NCBI RefSeq assembly: GCF_009914755.1
Contig: NC_060931.1
Length of the DNA stretch: 64,000 nucleotides
Origin: the human T2T-CHM13v2.0 reference genome, Homo sapiens
Strand: one strand, 5' to 3'
Of this stretch, positions 42,626 to 55,416 are shown one piece after another. The notes beneath the pieces are model-generated. The model was not told where the DNA came from and did not search any database. It saw nothing but the letters and a program-made list of their open reading frames with translations. A program made the position numbers and the translations under genes. Positions within the stretch are counted from its first letter, which is position 1, and every line of letters begins with the position of its first letter.

Positions 42626-42971
42626 CTCTAGGGAAAGCGAGACCACAGCAAAAATGTAAAAATAAACACAAGGAGTTTTGTCCTTTGATTCTTAAAGGAT
42701 TTCCCATGGTGTTTTTAGCTATATGCAATTTTCATCTTAACACACTTATTTTAGAACCTATGCCATATATAGAATATGAAATCACAACACCTAGTCTGGT
42801 TTTCTCAAATTCTGACTTAGAGGAATGAAAAGTATTAATAGTTTAAATTTTACTATATATAGGCTCATCTTCAATATTGACAGTGCTGCTTCTAATTCTT
42901 CTTCCAAATTATCTTGCATGTTATTGTCAGGATAATCTTTCTATCTGTTGGTAAGATTTCCAACAAGTAGC

Positions 42972-43426
42972 TGTCACGCCAGACCCATATTGACTTAAGT
43001 AGGGATGGCACAATGTCTGAGAGGCCAAAGAAGAGAGCCGGAGCCAGCAAATGAGGCATAGAATTTATTGAAGGGTCTTATATATAGGTTCATTCAGTGG
43101 TGGTGGACTGGACAAGAGAACCATGATCACTTCTAAAAGGCATGAGGTTTATATAGCACTTTCACGTAGCCTCCTCCTCCTAACATCCTCCACCTAGCAA
43201 CCTTCATTTGACCCAGAACAAAGGACTTTGATCTCTTACATGGCCTGCATTCCATGGGATGGGCTGGGGGTTCAGATGTTCCTCATAGATAAGGAGTGAA
43301 TCTCCAGGTTGGCCATTCACAGATTATTTAGCTTGGAACTTTAAACAGACATTCTTCTAAGACCATAGAGTCATTTTCAGGATACAGAGTATGCTTGTTA
43401 CTGTAGTCAGGTGCATCTGCCATATA
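42972..43426 (-). mobile_element. Solo ERVL LTR (LTR47-like)
   Basis: TG..TA termini with a 5-bp TSD GTAGC (42967-42971 / 43427-43431). An antisense poly(A) signal TTTATT lies at ~43064. Confidence 0.75.
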
Positions 43427-43619
43427 GTAGCTCTTTTATACTGTCTCTTACCTTTGATAATACTCAATGACTTCCTATCATCCACGGTTTCTAGAACAGA
43501 CTCATTTGCTGTCCAGAATCTAACCAGTTTATCTAAGACAATCTTATTTTCTATCACTCCATGACATTCTTTCTTTGTCACTCAGAATTTTTCACTTCTC
43601 TTCTTCTCATATACTATAT

Positions 43620-44035
43620 GAGGGAGAAATGACCTTGCCTGCAAGTAAACCTGACTACAATAGCTTAAGCAAATAAGGGTTAATTTTTTCCCCCAACACT
43701 GTAAGAGCCTGGGAGGTAAGTGGTGTTGATTTAGTAACTCAACAGTGTCAACGCTTGTATTTTTAGAATTCTCTAGGCTTTCCCCTCATGGTCACAAGAT
43801 GAATACTGAAGCAACAGCGATCGTATTCATAGTCAGGGCATGCAGAAAAGAGAAAGGGGAAAGGATAGTGTGAACCATATCTGTCCTTTTATCAAGAAAG
43901 CACACACTTGGCCAGAAACTTCAAGCAGAATTCTATTCATACGATTTACTGGTCAGAACTAAATCTATGGTCATATGACCACATCTAACTGCAAAGGAGG
44001 CTGTGCAAGTATTTAGATTTTCTAGATCCTAAGGA
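43620..44035 (-). mobile_element. MLT1 (J/K-like) MaLR LTR, degraded
   Basis: CCCTCATGGTCACAAGATG..GGTCAGAACT..CTAACTGCAAAGGAGGCTG. Confidence 0.6.
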
Positions 44036-44356
44036 GAGGCCGACGAGGACAAATAGGCTGCAAAAGTGTGTTGGATAAACCATCCACCATGGCCTGTTGC
44101 CTACATATTGAACTGATTTCTGCCTCCATGTTTTTGCATACAGTCTTCCCTGTCTAAAATGCTCCCTCCAGCCTTCCTTATTCTAAAATTTATTCTTTAT
44201 TTTTTTAGTGTCCAGCTTTACATTCCATCTCCTCCATTAAACATACTCTGAAAATCCCAATTACCATGATCTCTCCTTTCTCTGAACACTTTTTTTCTCA
44301 TACACAATAACATAACATCTGTTTTTAAAAATTCAAATTATGCTACATTCATGCCA

Positions 44357-44847
44357 TGTTAGGGCTTAGAAAACAATACCTCAAAATGTGCTTTGGCTTT
44401 CTCTGAAGTTCCCCGATCTACCTGAAAGCTATAATAGATCCTCCAGAAGATACTCAATTGCTATGAATCCCTTCCCCAGATAGGACATCAACTGGAGGAA
44501 ATGGATGCATCTCACAGAAAGGAAGACTAGAGCTTACCCCACACCCAGAGCCCAGACAAGCTTTGTCCCAGGCTGTTGTCTGTTGTTCAGGTCCATTTAT
44601 CTTCCGTAAACATCATTTACTCCTCCTTGAGAATTGCCTACATCCCCCACTTTTCTCTCCTTTATGAAGAGGTCATTTAAGCTTCAACCATCTGGCCCTT
44701 CTTTGAGCCTCATATTTTGTAGGACACCCTTGTGCTTGCACCTAATAAATGTGTATTCCTTTTCTCTGTTAATCCGCCTATTGTCAGGTTGTTTTATAGG
44801 CTGGAATTATTGAAACTTCAGGGGGTGAAAGTTCATTTTCTTCTACA
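44357..44847 (+). mobile_element. Solo ERV1 LTR (MER34/MER39-like)
   Basis: TGTTAGGGCTTAGAAAACAATACCTCAAAAT..AATAAA..CTACA, with a 4-bp TSD GCCA/GTCA. Confidence 0.75.
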
Positions 44848-44889
44848 GTCACATGTTTCTGTTGTTAATTCCCTAGTAGGACACTTGAG

Positions 44890-45385
<496 letters not shown>

Positions 45386-46264
45386 GCAAAACTGTTTTCA
45401 GTATCTTCTTTTCAGGATCTTCTACAAAAGACAGTCTCATTTAGGTAAAAGTTGATATTTTACAAAAGATAAACTCTTTTTATTGAACTATTTAGTGGCT
45501 GTGTTTCAAAGGACCTCACAGAGTTTAGTAATAATTACTTTTTAAAACTGTCATATGAATTATGGCTTTACAATAATGAGACTGAGCCCTTCTACCAAAC
45601 ACAACTGTAACTTTCTGGTCACGTCTTACACATATTGATGCATTTAGCATTGTTACTAAGATGAAAGACACTGAATCTGAAATGTATTTGTTACATCATA
45701 CTAATTATTAATTTGACTAGGAGCTGATTACTCTGCTTAATGGACTGTAAGAACTCTAAATCAGGTATACTATACTACATAGGAGGTTACCTTGTTGATA
45801 CTTAGTATAAATGTGATTTAGCTAGGAATTTAAGCCAAAGTTTGGGTTCCTAACTCAAGAGGTTGGAACGCTTAAAAAAACACAACTCTTTTCCAGGCTC
45901 TCTAAGCTAGTCTCCCTTTTAAAAGGTTTAGTCTGGTTGTAAGTACTTAATTGCTGACAAGGTAAATCTTATTTTTCTCCCCAGTCTTCTTTAGGGGTTT
46001 TTTACTTTCTCAACTGAGTATTTTTAGATTTGGTTTTTCATGTGAAATAGCTTTCCCTCACATCAGAATAATTCTTTCTCCAAACAAATTACCAAATAGC
46101 TCAGAAATTGTTTTAATTTCTTGGATGGAGATTTGAATGACTGCATATAATTTATAATATTAAGTCATGTGATTGCAAATGTAGGAATACTTTTGAAAAA
46201 AAAGTGAAATAGGAATTAATAAAAGGGATTCCTAGCTCATTAAAAGTGAGTCTAAGTTTGGGTA

Positions 46265-46762
46265 TGACAAAGATTCTGTCATTGACCAAAATTTACTCAG
46301 GTTCTCCTGAACTCTTGTCAACTAGGTCTTGAATTTTGGACTTTTATGTTTGTCCAGTTTTAGCAAGAACCTGCTAAGTCAGTTTAGCCAGAATCTCTCA
46401 TCCTCCATATCTGATCACCCTGAATATCTTATCAGACTTCTCATCCTCCACCACCCCACCCTCCAGGTGATGTCTGATCACCCTGGCCTTCCTTCAGCAA
46501 AAATCCTGTTAGGTTGGTTAAGCTAGAATCCCTCCTTACCCCTGATATTTCCTCTTAATAATTTTTCATCCACTAACCCCTCTTCTGCTCCTTGGCTATA
46601 AATCCCCACTTGTCCTTGTTGGAATCAGAGTTGAGCCCAAAGTCTCTTCTCGACTGCAAGACCCCATTGTAGTAGTCCCTATACCTATCACAATGGTACT
46701 CTCTTGAAGAAAGTCTTTCTTACTGTCTTCAACAATTGTCATCAATAATTTCTTCTTTTACA
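46265..46762 (+). mobile_element. Solo ERV1 LTR (MER31-like)
   Basis: TGACAAAGATTCT..GACCAAAATTTA..CTATAAAT..TTTACA, with a 4-bp TSD GGTA (46261-46264 / 46763-46766). Confidence 0.8.
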
Positions 46763-46828
46763 GGTACCGGTGTCATTTTAAAACAAGCCGCCTCACCAAT
46801 ACAAACATACTCTGAAAAGGATATTGTG

Positions 46829-46990
46829 TCTTTATAGCAGCATGATTTATACTCCTTTGGGTATATACCCAGTAATGGGATGGCTGGGTCAAATGGTATT
46901 TCTAGTTCTAGATCCCTGAGGAATCGCCACACTGAATTCCACAATGGTTGAACTAGTTTACAGTCAAAAAAAAAAAAAAAAAAAAAAAAA
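46829..46990 (+). mobile_element. Young L1PA insertion: inverted ORF2 fragment (46829-46965) plus poly(A) (46966-46990)
   Basis: The minus-strand translation DCKLVQPLWNSVWRFLRDLELEIPFDPAIPLLGIYPKEYKSCCYKDT is L1 ORF2p C-terminal sequence. TSD AAAAGGATATTGTG (46815-46828 / 46987-47000). Confidence 0.92.
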
Positions 46991-47631
46991 GGATATTGTG
47001 AACCTAAAGTCAGAGAACTTGTAGGATTATAGCTGTAGATGATCGAACAATAAAAGAACAAAGGCAGAGGAAGAGATGAGAGAGTGTGGCCTTCCCAGAG
47101 CCCCACTCCAGCTCTCCCTTGGCCTGCTTCTCAGACAGTAGGCACTGGCATTGAGAAATAAGCTATGCACCTTTTGAAGTTATGCCACATCAATCACAGG
47201 ACTTTATATACTGATTAACTGCCTCTCTCAGCAAGAGAGATGATCCACCTCATTCTCTCAGCACAAAAGAAACCAGTTTTGCAGCTCATGAATTAACCCT
47301 TCTTTTGCCAGGCAAACTATTTTCCAGGATAATGAAAACAAAGAAATAACGTTTCAAATAATTTAATGATGAAATTAGTGATTATTTTCTCGCTAAACGT
47401 ATGCTGGAAACTCTAAGATCATTACCTAATAACCTAGAATGGCTTCTAAAAACCCAGAGGTGTCAAAGATGTGAGAATTAACAAACTGGGAGCATCCCTA
47501 AATATGCAGTCTGACTACCTTTGAGAGGTGCAAGGAATTAAAATTGACATGGATTCATGAAGGGCAACTGCAAGCTACATGTTTGGGAGAACAGAGTTGT
47601 CCAATTTCACATGAAGGATTTGCTGGAACAA

Positions 47632-47785
47632 TACTTCTGTAAACTGAATGTGCCTACAAGTCACCTGGGAAGTTTATTAACATTTTGATTCAATATATCT
47701 GAATGGGTCCTGATATTCTGCATTTCTAACAATCACCCAGTGGATGTAGATGCTGCTGGTCTGTGGACCACACTCTCAAGCAATC
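47632..47785. mobile_element. MER5A-like
   Basis: AAGTCACCTGGG..TCTGCATTTCTAACAA..GATGCTGCTGGTCTGTGGACCACACT. Confidence 0.7.
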
Positions 47786-48496
47786 TGGTTCTAGAGGACT
47801 CTTACTATAACTCAGCAATCTTAACTCATGCGCCAGAGCTAATGTCATCTTTGACCTCCTTAAACATGTGGAGTCTTTGCAACTTTATAGCCTCTCCTAC
47901 CCTTAGTCCAAATTCAGATGCATCAGATCAGTGGTGGCCTTCCCAAGTGAGGTCTGTCACTAGGTTACGTGTAGTAGCTGGTGGACTGCAGGTCCAACTG
48001 TATTATTTTGAAAAAATGTAGGCATTGCTTTATCAAAATCTTACATAAATTCAAATATATCAAACAGAACAAGTAGGAAGAATGGGAGAAGGTTGTTCAT
48101 TACATGAAAAAAATGCACTGAAGCACATGAGTTTTCTCACTTTGGCATATGTAGAACATATTTCAGGCAAAAATACAAGACTGAATTTGCATGTAGGCAT
48201 GTATTTGTAGTGCTGAGCAAGTAACCTACCCAGTTCTGCCACTTGGATTGGTGCCCAAACAAGAAGCAGTAATGATACCTTGCTTTTGTTTGTATAGTTA
48301 CAAAGCACTACTGCATGCATTATCCCTTTAATCCTTTTAATAAGCATCTGATTAAGAGTTATTCTTACTTTACAGATGAAAAAACAGAAACTTGGAGGTC
48401 ACACATCTAATTTCCTAGCCTAATAGGTGGCAAACTCCAGACTTAAAACTCAATTTCTGAGTTCACTTCTCTTTCTAGCATCCTCTATGCTCTGCC

Positions 48497-48880
48497 ATTG
48501 CTCTCAGCTCTGGTTGTACATTGAGATCATGGGAAGAGCTTGCAGAATGCTAATGCCTGGGTCCCACCATCAGACATTCTGAGGTCATTGGTATGGGAAG
48601 TAGCCTGGGAATCAGGATTTTTAAAGCTTTCAGGTGAGTCAAATGCAGTGATTCAGGCTTAATACTGTTGACATCTGGGGACAGATCATTCTTTGTTGAG
48701 AACTGTCCTGTGCATTGTAGGATGTCTAGCAGCCTCTCTAGCCTCTACCCTCTAGACACCAGTAGCACTCCTCCAGTTTGACAACCAAATGCCTCCAGAC
48801 ATTGCTAAATCTTCCCTGGGGGGCAAAATTGCCCTATTGAGAAGCACTGCATAATATAAAGCTAAAGTTGTGAAGGACTG
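48497..48880. mobile_element. MER5-like element with a nested MER20 (~48646-48850)
   Basis: MER20 core ACTGTCCTGTGCATTGTAGGATGT..CAGACATTGC..GGGGGCAAAATTGCCC..GAGAAGCACTG sits inside MER5-like sequence. Confidence 0.7.
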
Positions 48881-50894
48881 ATAAATAACTACATTATCAG
48901 CAGCAATTGTAGTTTATTGATTCATTTCTTAATTTACTGCACTCATGGCCAAAGAAGTAAAACAATTCATCATCTTTCCCTCTTCCCAATTTCATCAAAA
49001 TTAGGAGCTGAACCTGATAAACACTTTTGGAATACTATATTTATTTGATGATTGTCTAATCTAAAGGAAGATAGAAACTTCTGTTCATCCATAGTTTCTT
49101 AATTCACTCAATTACATTTCCTTAGTGGTATTATGTACTGGTATGTCTCAATTTTGCCTGATAAGAATCACCTGGAATTACAACAGATTCCTCAGCCCTA
49201 ATCCAAAACTACTGAATCCAAATTTTTAGGGAGAGGCCAGGTAATTCAGATATTTAACAAGTGTCTCCAGACAATTCTTATCATCAGGGAAGTTTGGAAA
49301 AATTAGGTAAGACAAAGGGAATACAGAGATGAATAAGATAGAGCTCCTCAAGAAGACACGTAATTAAGTAGTGATAATTCAGGATGATAAAAGCAAAATT
49401 ATAAGTGTGTAGAAGCTTAGCATGTAGCATAAAGGATGGAAAAATTTACTTATTTTGGCTGAGGAGGCATAGCTCAGAGAAGGGCATATGTAGGAGATGG
49501 TTTCTGTCTTGGATTTTGAAGCATAAATACAACTAGCCAGGGGTACAAGGTGTAAAAGTACATTCTAGGTAGGGAAAATCAACAGGAGAAAATCATCTTC
49601 TGTTTCTAGATGCCTAGCCTTTATAGCCATGCATGTAGTAGGTGCTCAATAAATACCTATTCTTGGGTCAACCTTAAACCCACTGCTCCTTCATTATAGT
49701 GCTCTTTAGTCAGTGATTCTGCACACTGAGTATTATCCTCAAATGGGCCTGAAAAAAGTTTGCCTAGGTGAGAAGGTTGCTAATAGATTAACATTTTTGT
49801 CTCATTTAAGCCCCCTACATACTCATATTTAACTCTTATTTTTTTTTCCTTGGAATTAACTTTTGTACTCTCGTCTGATGGCTGTTGACTTTTTAAAACC
49901 TATTCCATAGGTCTTTGTAAGAGCTGAATTACTGTGTGATTATTGTACGAACATGAAAGACTCAACATGCTCTTAGATTATTAATGGGAACATGAAAAGC
50001 ATTTGCAGGCTGGGCAGAGACCCATCTCAAAGTGATGATGATACTGACATTGCAAGGAAACGTGAAAATTTGAGGACATTTCTGAATACTCCTTCTCTGC
50101 CTAAGGCTGCCTCCCAAGAAGCCTGAGAAAATAAGGCTTGTTCCATAAGTAAGAGACCAGCTCAGATGTAATCTTCTCAGAATGGCTTTTTATGACTACC
50201 CACTACTAACTATTTCTTTCATCTCTTTTTCTCATCTTTTTTCATAATATTTATAATTCCCTGACATTGTATATCGGCTTATTTGTTGTTTCTCTTTCCT
50301 CTACTACATTAAAAGTTCCAGAAGGTCAAGAACATTTACTGTTGAATCCCAGCTCCCCAAAAAAGTCCTTCATACATAAAAGCCATTAATTAAATACTGC
50401 TGAATACTGAATAGATTATATATTCTTTTAGAATCCTGGTTTTCTCCTTTGTAGGCTCAACATGCTTGTCCTTAGTTGTCAATGTCTAATTTTCTTTCTG
50501 GACTGTAACATTCATTAGGGTAGGGATGGTGTCTACCTTATTCTCTACTTATTCCAGCATGTAGTAAATACTTAAAAACTATTTATTTATTTAATAGATC
50601 TATGAATGAGCAAGTGAATAAAAATGGAAGGCCAGCACTAGATGGCTTTACTGTAATGAGCTAGTTTCTCCAACAGCACACTGACCATCAGCATAGATGT
50701 GTGGGTCAGCAAATTCCAGGAATAAACAGCTCTGATTATTACAGCAGTCAGCTCTTCCTGTGACAGTAGTAAGAATGGAACAAATGAAATGGCTAATGAG
50801 CAATAATCCTGTTACTCTTGAAGAGCAATTAAAAAAATGTCAAAGAAGAAAAGAAATCATACATCAGTGGCAGGGAAGCTCACTGAAATTGTTG

Positions 50895-51015
50895 ACCAAT
50901 GTAGGAGAAACAGAAGGTCTTGCAAGCCAAGAAATGTGGGCATCTGGTGAGAAAATAGCAGAGGCAAAGAAGCCCAGCCTAAAGAGATAGAGCGAGCCCA
51001 GAAAGCCCAATGGAA
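50895..51015 (+). repeat. 121-bp dispersed direct repeat, copy 1
   Basis: Ungapped match to 55296-55416 with 6 substitutions. Confidence 0.95.
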
Positions 51016-51266
51016 GCCACAGATGTGGTCCTATCCCTGAAGTTCACATTTGTCTACTATCAGTCATAGGTATTCTACTCTAGGAAGTCATTCCCAATCA
51101 TACAGACATTACAGATTCAAAGAGGGATATCTGCTGACATCACGACCTTCAAACTAAAATTTGCTTCATGCTCAGTATACAACTGTGTGGTGGGGGAGGA
51201 GAGCCTTCTTGCATTCTTAACTCTCAACAAGTAAGAACCTGATTTTCACAGGGTAGTCATTGCCAA

Positions 51267-51866
51267 TGAAGCAGCTACATTGGGGTATGTACCCTGGGGT
51301 TTGTCATCGTGTGTGGGGAAAATTTAGGATGCAGACACACATCAAGAGTTTAGGAGCAGAGGTTTATTAGGCAGAAGAGAAGAGAAAGAGAAACACCTCT
51401 CTCTATAGAGAGAGGGGTCTCCCAGCAGAAAGGACCAGCTGCAGACAGATGACCCGGATTTTATAGTGTGGTTTGAGGAGGCAGTGTTTGATTTATGCAG
51501 CGCTCACAGGTTGGTTCCATCAGGTAGAAAGTTTACATAGCAGGCAGGGAAGGCTGGTTGCCCCACCCTAATCTTATAATGCAAACGAATTTTCCTTGAG
51601 CAGTGCCATCTTGTCTGCTCCTTACTGTACACGTGGCTGGCAGAGAAGGGAAGATGCGGCCGCCATCTTGAACGTGTCTAGTCTCTAGTTCCTGCAGGCA
51701 TTCACCCATGCAAGCCCCTAGCTTGCTTGTCTATGTCTGCAGCTTGACTTTACAGGCTGCTTTGTTAGAAAATGATTTGGGGCTGCTTTTCATTAAAAAG
51801 GAAAGCCTTACCAAGGACTTCCATACCCTTACTATCTACCTAAGTGATTTCTTAACTGCTGTATTA
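51267..51866 (-). mobile_element. Solo ERV1 LTR (LTR9/MER61-like), 600 bp
   Basis: 4-bp TSD CCAA (51263-51266 / 51867-51870). Antisense AATAAA (TTTATT ~51363) and TATAAAA (~51459). The minus-strand start is TAATACAGCAGTTAAGAAATCACTTAGGTAGATAGTAAGGG. Confidence 0.8.
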
Positions 51867-52377
51867 CCAAAGCTCTCAAATACACTTTACCACACCTTTT
51901 GTATATCACACCACACATAGAAAATTATAATAGTTGCATGGTACACTTGAATAAGCAAATATGGCTGCTCCACCTGCCAACTCGGGGGCAGAGGAGAGCA
52001 GTATGTCAAGCACACCTGGAACTCATTTGAGATGGAGCATTTAGCCCGCAGCCCACTGTTTAGAAATTCTGCACTGGCAGATGTGTTCTCGTTTTTCCTC
52101 AGCCATGGAAGGAAAATATTATGCTAGGTTCTATATGCATCCCAGAAACATTTTGGGGCACCTACTATGTGCCAGGCCCTTCTCAAAGCAGGGGACAAAA
52201 CAATAAAACAAAGACCCCTTTCTTAAGAAGACTACATTCTAGTAAGGCGAGACAGAAAACCAAACCTATGTTGGGTGGTGACAGTGCTACAGAGGTAAAT
52301 ACAGCAGGCAAGCATGATAGAAAGTGATGATATGGGGGCAAAGCTGTGAGCAATTTTATGTAGAGAGAGAGAAGGGT

Positions 52378-52826
52378 CTATTATCTGCTTATTGCTGCTG
52401 CAACAAGTTGTCATATATGTAGTGGCATAAAATAACACAAATTTATTACCTTACAGTTTTGGAGGTCAGAAGTCTAAAATGGATTGGCAGGGTTACATTC
52501 CTTCTGGAGGCTCTAGGGAAGGGTTCTTGCCTTTTTCACCTTTTAGAGACTGTCTGCATTCCCTGGCTCATGGTCCATTTCTCTACATTCAAAGCCAATA
52601 GTGTAACATTCTCAAATCTCCCTCCCTCTCACTCCTCCTTCTTATAAGGACCCTGAAATTATACTGGGCCTACCTGGATAATCCAGGAGACTCTCCCCAT
52701 CTCAATATTCTTTATTCACATTTACTCACAGTGGCAAAGTCTATTATGCCATGTAGGGGAACATATTCAAGGTTCCAGGGATTAGGACATGGACATCTTT
52801 GGGGGTCATTATTCTACGTACCACAG
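52378..52826 (-). mobile_element. MLT1 (B/C-like) MaLR LTR inserted in an L2 remnant (~52140-53090)
   Basis: ATTTATTACCTTACAGTTTTGGAGGTCAGAAGTC..GGATAATCCAGG..GGGATTAGGACATGGACATCTTTGGGGG. Confidence 0.8.
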
Positions 52827-55295
52827 TAGGATTCTCCGACAAAGTGACATTTGATCAACAACCAAATGGAGGTACAGGGCAGCCATGGAGCTATTGGGGG
52901 ATTGGGGTTCTAGCACTGGGGGAAGTGAATGCAAAAGCCCTGTAGGGGGAGTTGACTTGACACGCTTAAAGAATGGTGAGGAGTGTGTCCAGATTGGAAT
53001 GAGAGGGCAATTACAGCAGTAGAAAGATCAGAGGGATGGCAGCGGGCCAGAACAGGTATACAGGGCCCAGAAGGCCATGTCAGGATTGCATGGGTGAGCT
53101 CATTCAATTCATACAACAACCTGATAAAGTAGGTGCTGTTATTTGCCTTGTTTTTAAGGTTGAACAACTGAGGCTCATAAAAGTTAAGTACAACTCAAAG
53201 AGCAAATATTGAACTGAATCTGATGATTCTAGTTTAGAGAAGTGAGAAGATCCTGGAGAAAATATCAATATCCTTCTGAGTCGCAATTGCAGTTGTGACT
53301 CAGAAGCCACATGTCACTGTGACAGCACAAGGAGCAAGGCCCAAATAGCTCCCCTCCTACCAGTTTCCCATTTGACAACAAAATTAAGGGTTTAGGCAGC
53401 TGGGATGTAACTAAAATTAAGCCAGGTAACCTTTTTGTTCTTCAGGTTTACTATCTGTAAAACAGTAATACAATGTTGCAAATGTACCTTACTATCAAAC
53501 AATAAAAGAGAGATTCAGACTAATACGAAATTTCAAAACAGACAAATGGGACTTGATTTTTGCCATGAGAAGGCACTCTGTATAAACAAAACATCATCCA
53601 AAGCTTTCTTTATAATAGTAAGTTTCTCTGGTATGCGCGTGCGCACACACACACGTTTTCTGATATTTGATTGACAACTTTTTAAGAAAAGTAGTGATTA
53701 CCAAAAGTGCCTTTATTTTGTCTTGCATATATTAGTTCTTTTTCTCTAGCTCAGAGATTTTGCATTATTCCCTGCTAAAAGATGGAGAGTTTGGGGATGA
53801 GTTTGCACATTGTGTACCTGAGGGGCTCCTGGAAAGAATAAAAGTTTTCTAGAAGCTTCTTAATCACAGATAATTCTTTTTCTTCCTTCCCTGAGTCCCA
53901 TGTCCAATGAATGCAGTGCATTTAGGGGGCAGAGTCAGGCCCAGTGTGGTTGGCATTGTTGCTAGAACAGTCCAGCAACATGGACTATTAATAAAATTGT
54001 ATATTTATGTAAAATTGGGCAATTTAAAAGTAGAGCTATGTGTTCCTTTCCAAACACCTTGGTTGTTTAGAATAGAATTGTTAAGTGTGTGAGTTGATTC
54101 TTTAGTTTCCAGTATTCACAGCTCCCACTCACAGCTTTGAAAATTCCTTTATGGCATCTACTTACAGTAGTCAAATTGCGAAAGTTAAATGATATGCATT
54201 AAGAAAAAATGGTCCCCTGTGGCTGTTGGTGCTTTTGTCATCTTGTCAGGAGTCAGGAATCCTAGAGAGATGTGCATTATCTGCATAGCTGTGCTTGCAG
54301 AAAGAATACATGGTATGGAGTGTTAGAAATCATGAAGGCTCTCCCTTCATGTGATCCATATCACAGCTCCCAGCTGCTCTGCCACGTGGTGCTTCCCATG
54401 CATTTCTGCCACCCCCACCACCCTCCATTCTTTAACACGCGTGGTAGCTCTGTGGAGATGGAAGTCCATCTCACTGTATCGTGATGTTCAACCCCTCATG
54501 CCTCTCTTCCCCTATCCCCATCCTGCCCCAGGGTGAGTGTTTTCTGAATTGCAGTGATGTCAACAAAACAACAGACTTGAACAACCAGGAGAAGTCCAGG
54601 TGAGGTCTGAGAAGACTCCCATGGAGAAAATTTTGCCTTGCAGCCTCTGCAGTGAAATTGTACAGTAGAGCAGAAAAATACCATAATGAGAGACCCAAAG
54701 GAAAATGGCTTTTTATGAAGTGGAAAGTGGGAAGATGTCCAGATGTGGACACTGCATATTTAAACATATTCAGTGACACAATTATTATAAGTGCAATGTC
54801 TCAATTTAGAGACACTGTGGGTACCTGAAGTGACCAGAACATGCTTCTACAATTTCAGCAACTTATGTAACCCAGGAGCAAGTCTTACCTGGTTATCTGG
54901 CCTCATTGTTCAGTGAAGCCAACTTTGCTGGGAGGAAGAAAGGACTGGGAGTTGTAGATTTGAATGGAGGCTTTTTCACTTACTGATTTTGTGAATTTGG
55001 GCAGCTTGCATCCCTTTTGAACCTCAAAGTCCACATAAGGAAAATGGGCATAATAATGTTTCTCTTACTGGGTCGCTGTGAGGCACAAATAAGATCATGC
55101 ACAAAGAATTACTATGTAAGCTGTGAAGTGCTGCACAAATGAAATTTGTCAACGTTAAGAAAAACCAAAATTATCACATTGACCTTGGACTCACCCAATT
55201 TCTTTGATCTGTTTAAATGTGGTAAGAGGTACCACATTTAACCTCCTCAAAGGAGGTTTAGATATCTTGTCAATAACTTGTGTCATTAGAAACCA

Positions 55296-55416
55296 ACCAA
55301 TGTAGGTGAAACAGAGGGTCTTGCAAGCCAAGAAATGTGGGCATCTGGTAAGAAAATAGCAGAAGCAAAGAAGCCCAGTCTAAAGAGATAGAGTGAGCCC
55401 AGAAAGCCCAATGGAA
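55296..55416 (+). repeat. 121-bp dispersed direct repeat, copy 2
   Basis: Ungapped match to 50895-51015 with 6 substitutions. Confidence 0.95.

Noticed and set aside
46729-47106. 125-aa ORF with an L1 ORF2-like segment
   Set aside because: Only ~46 codons are L1-derived; the rest is read-through into flanks and poly(T).
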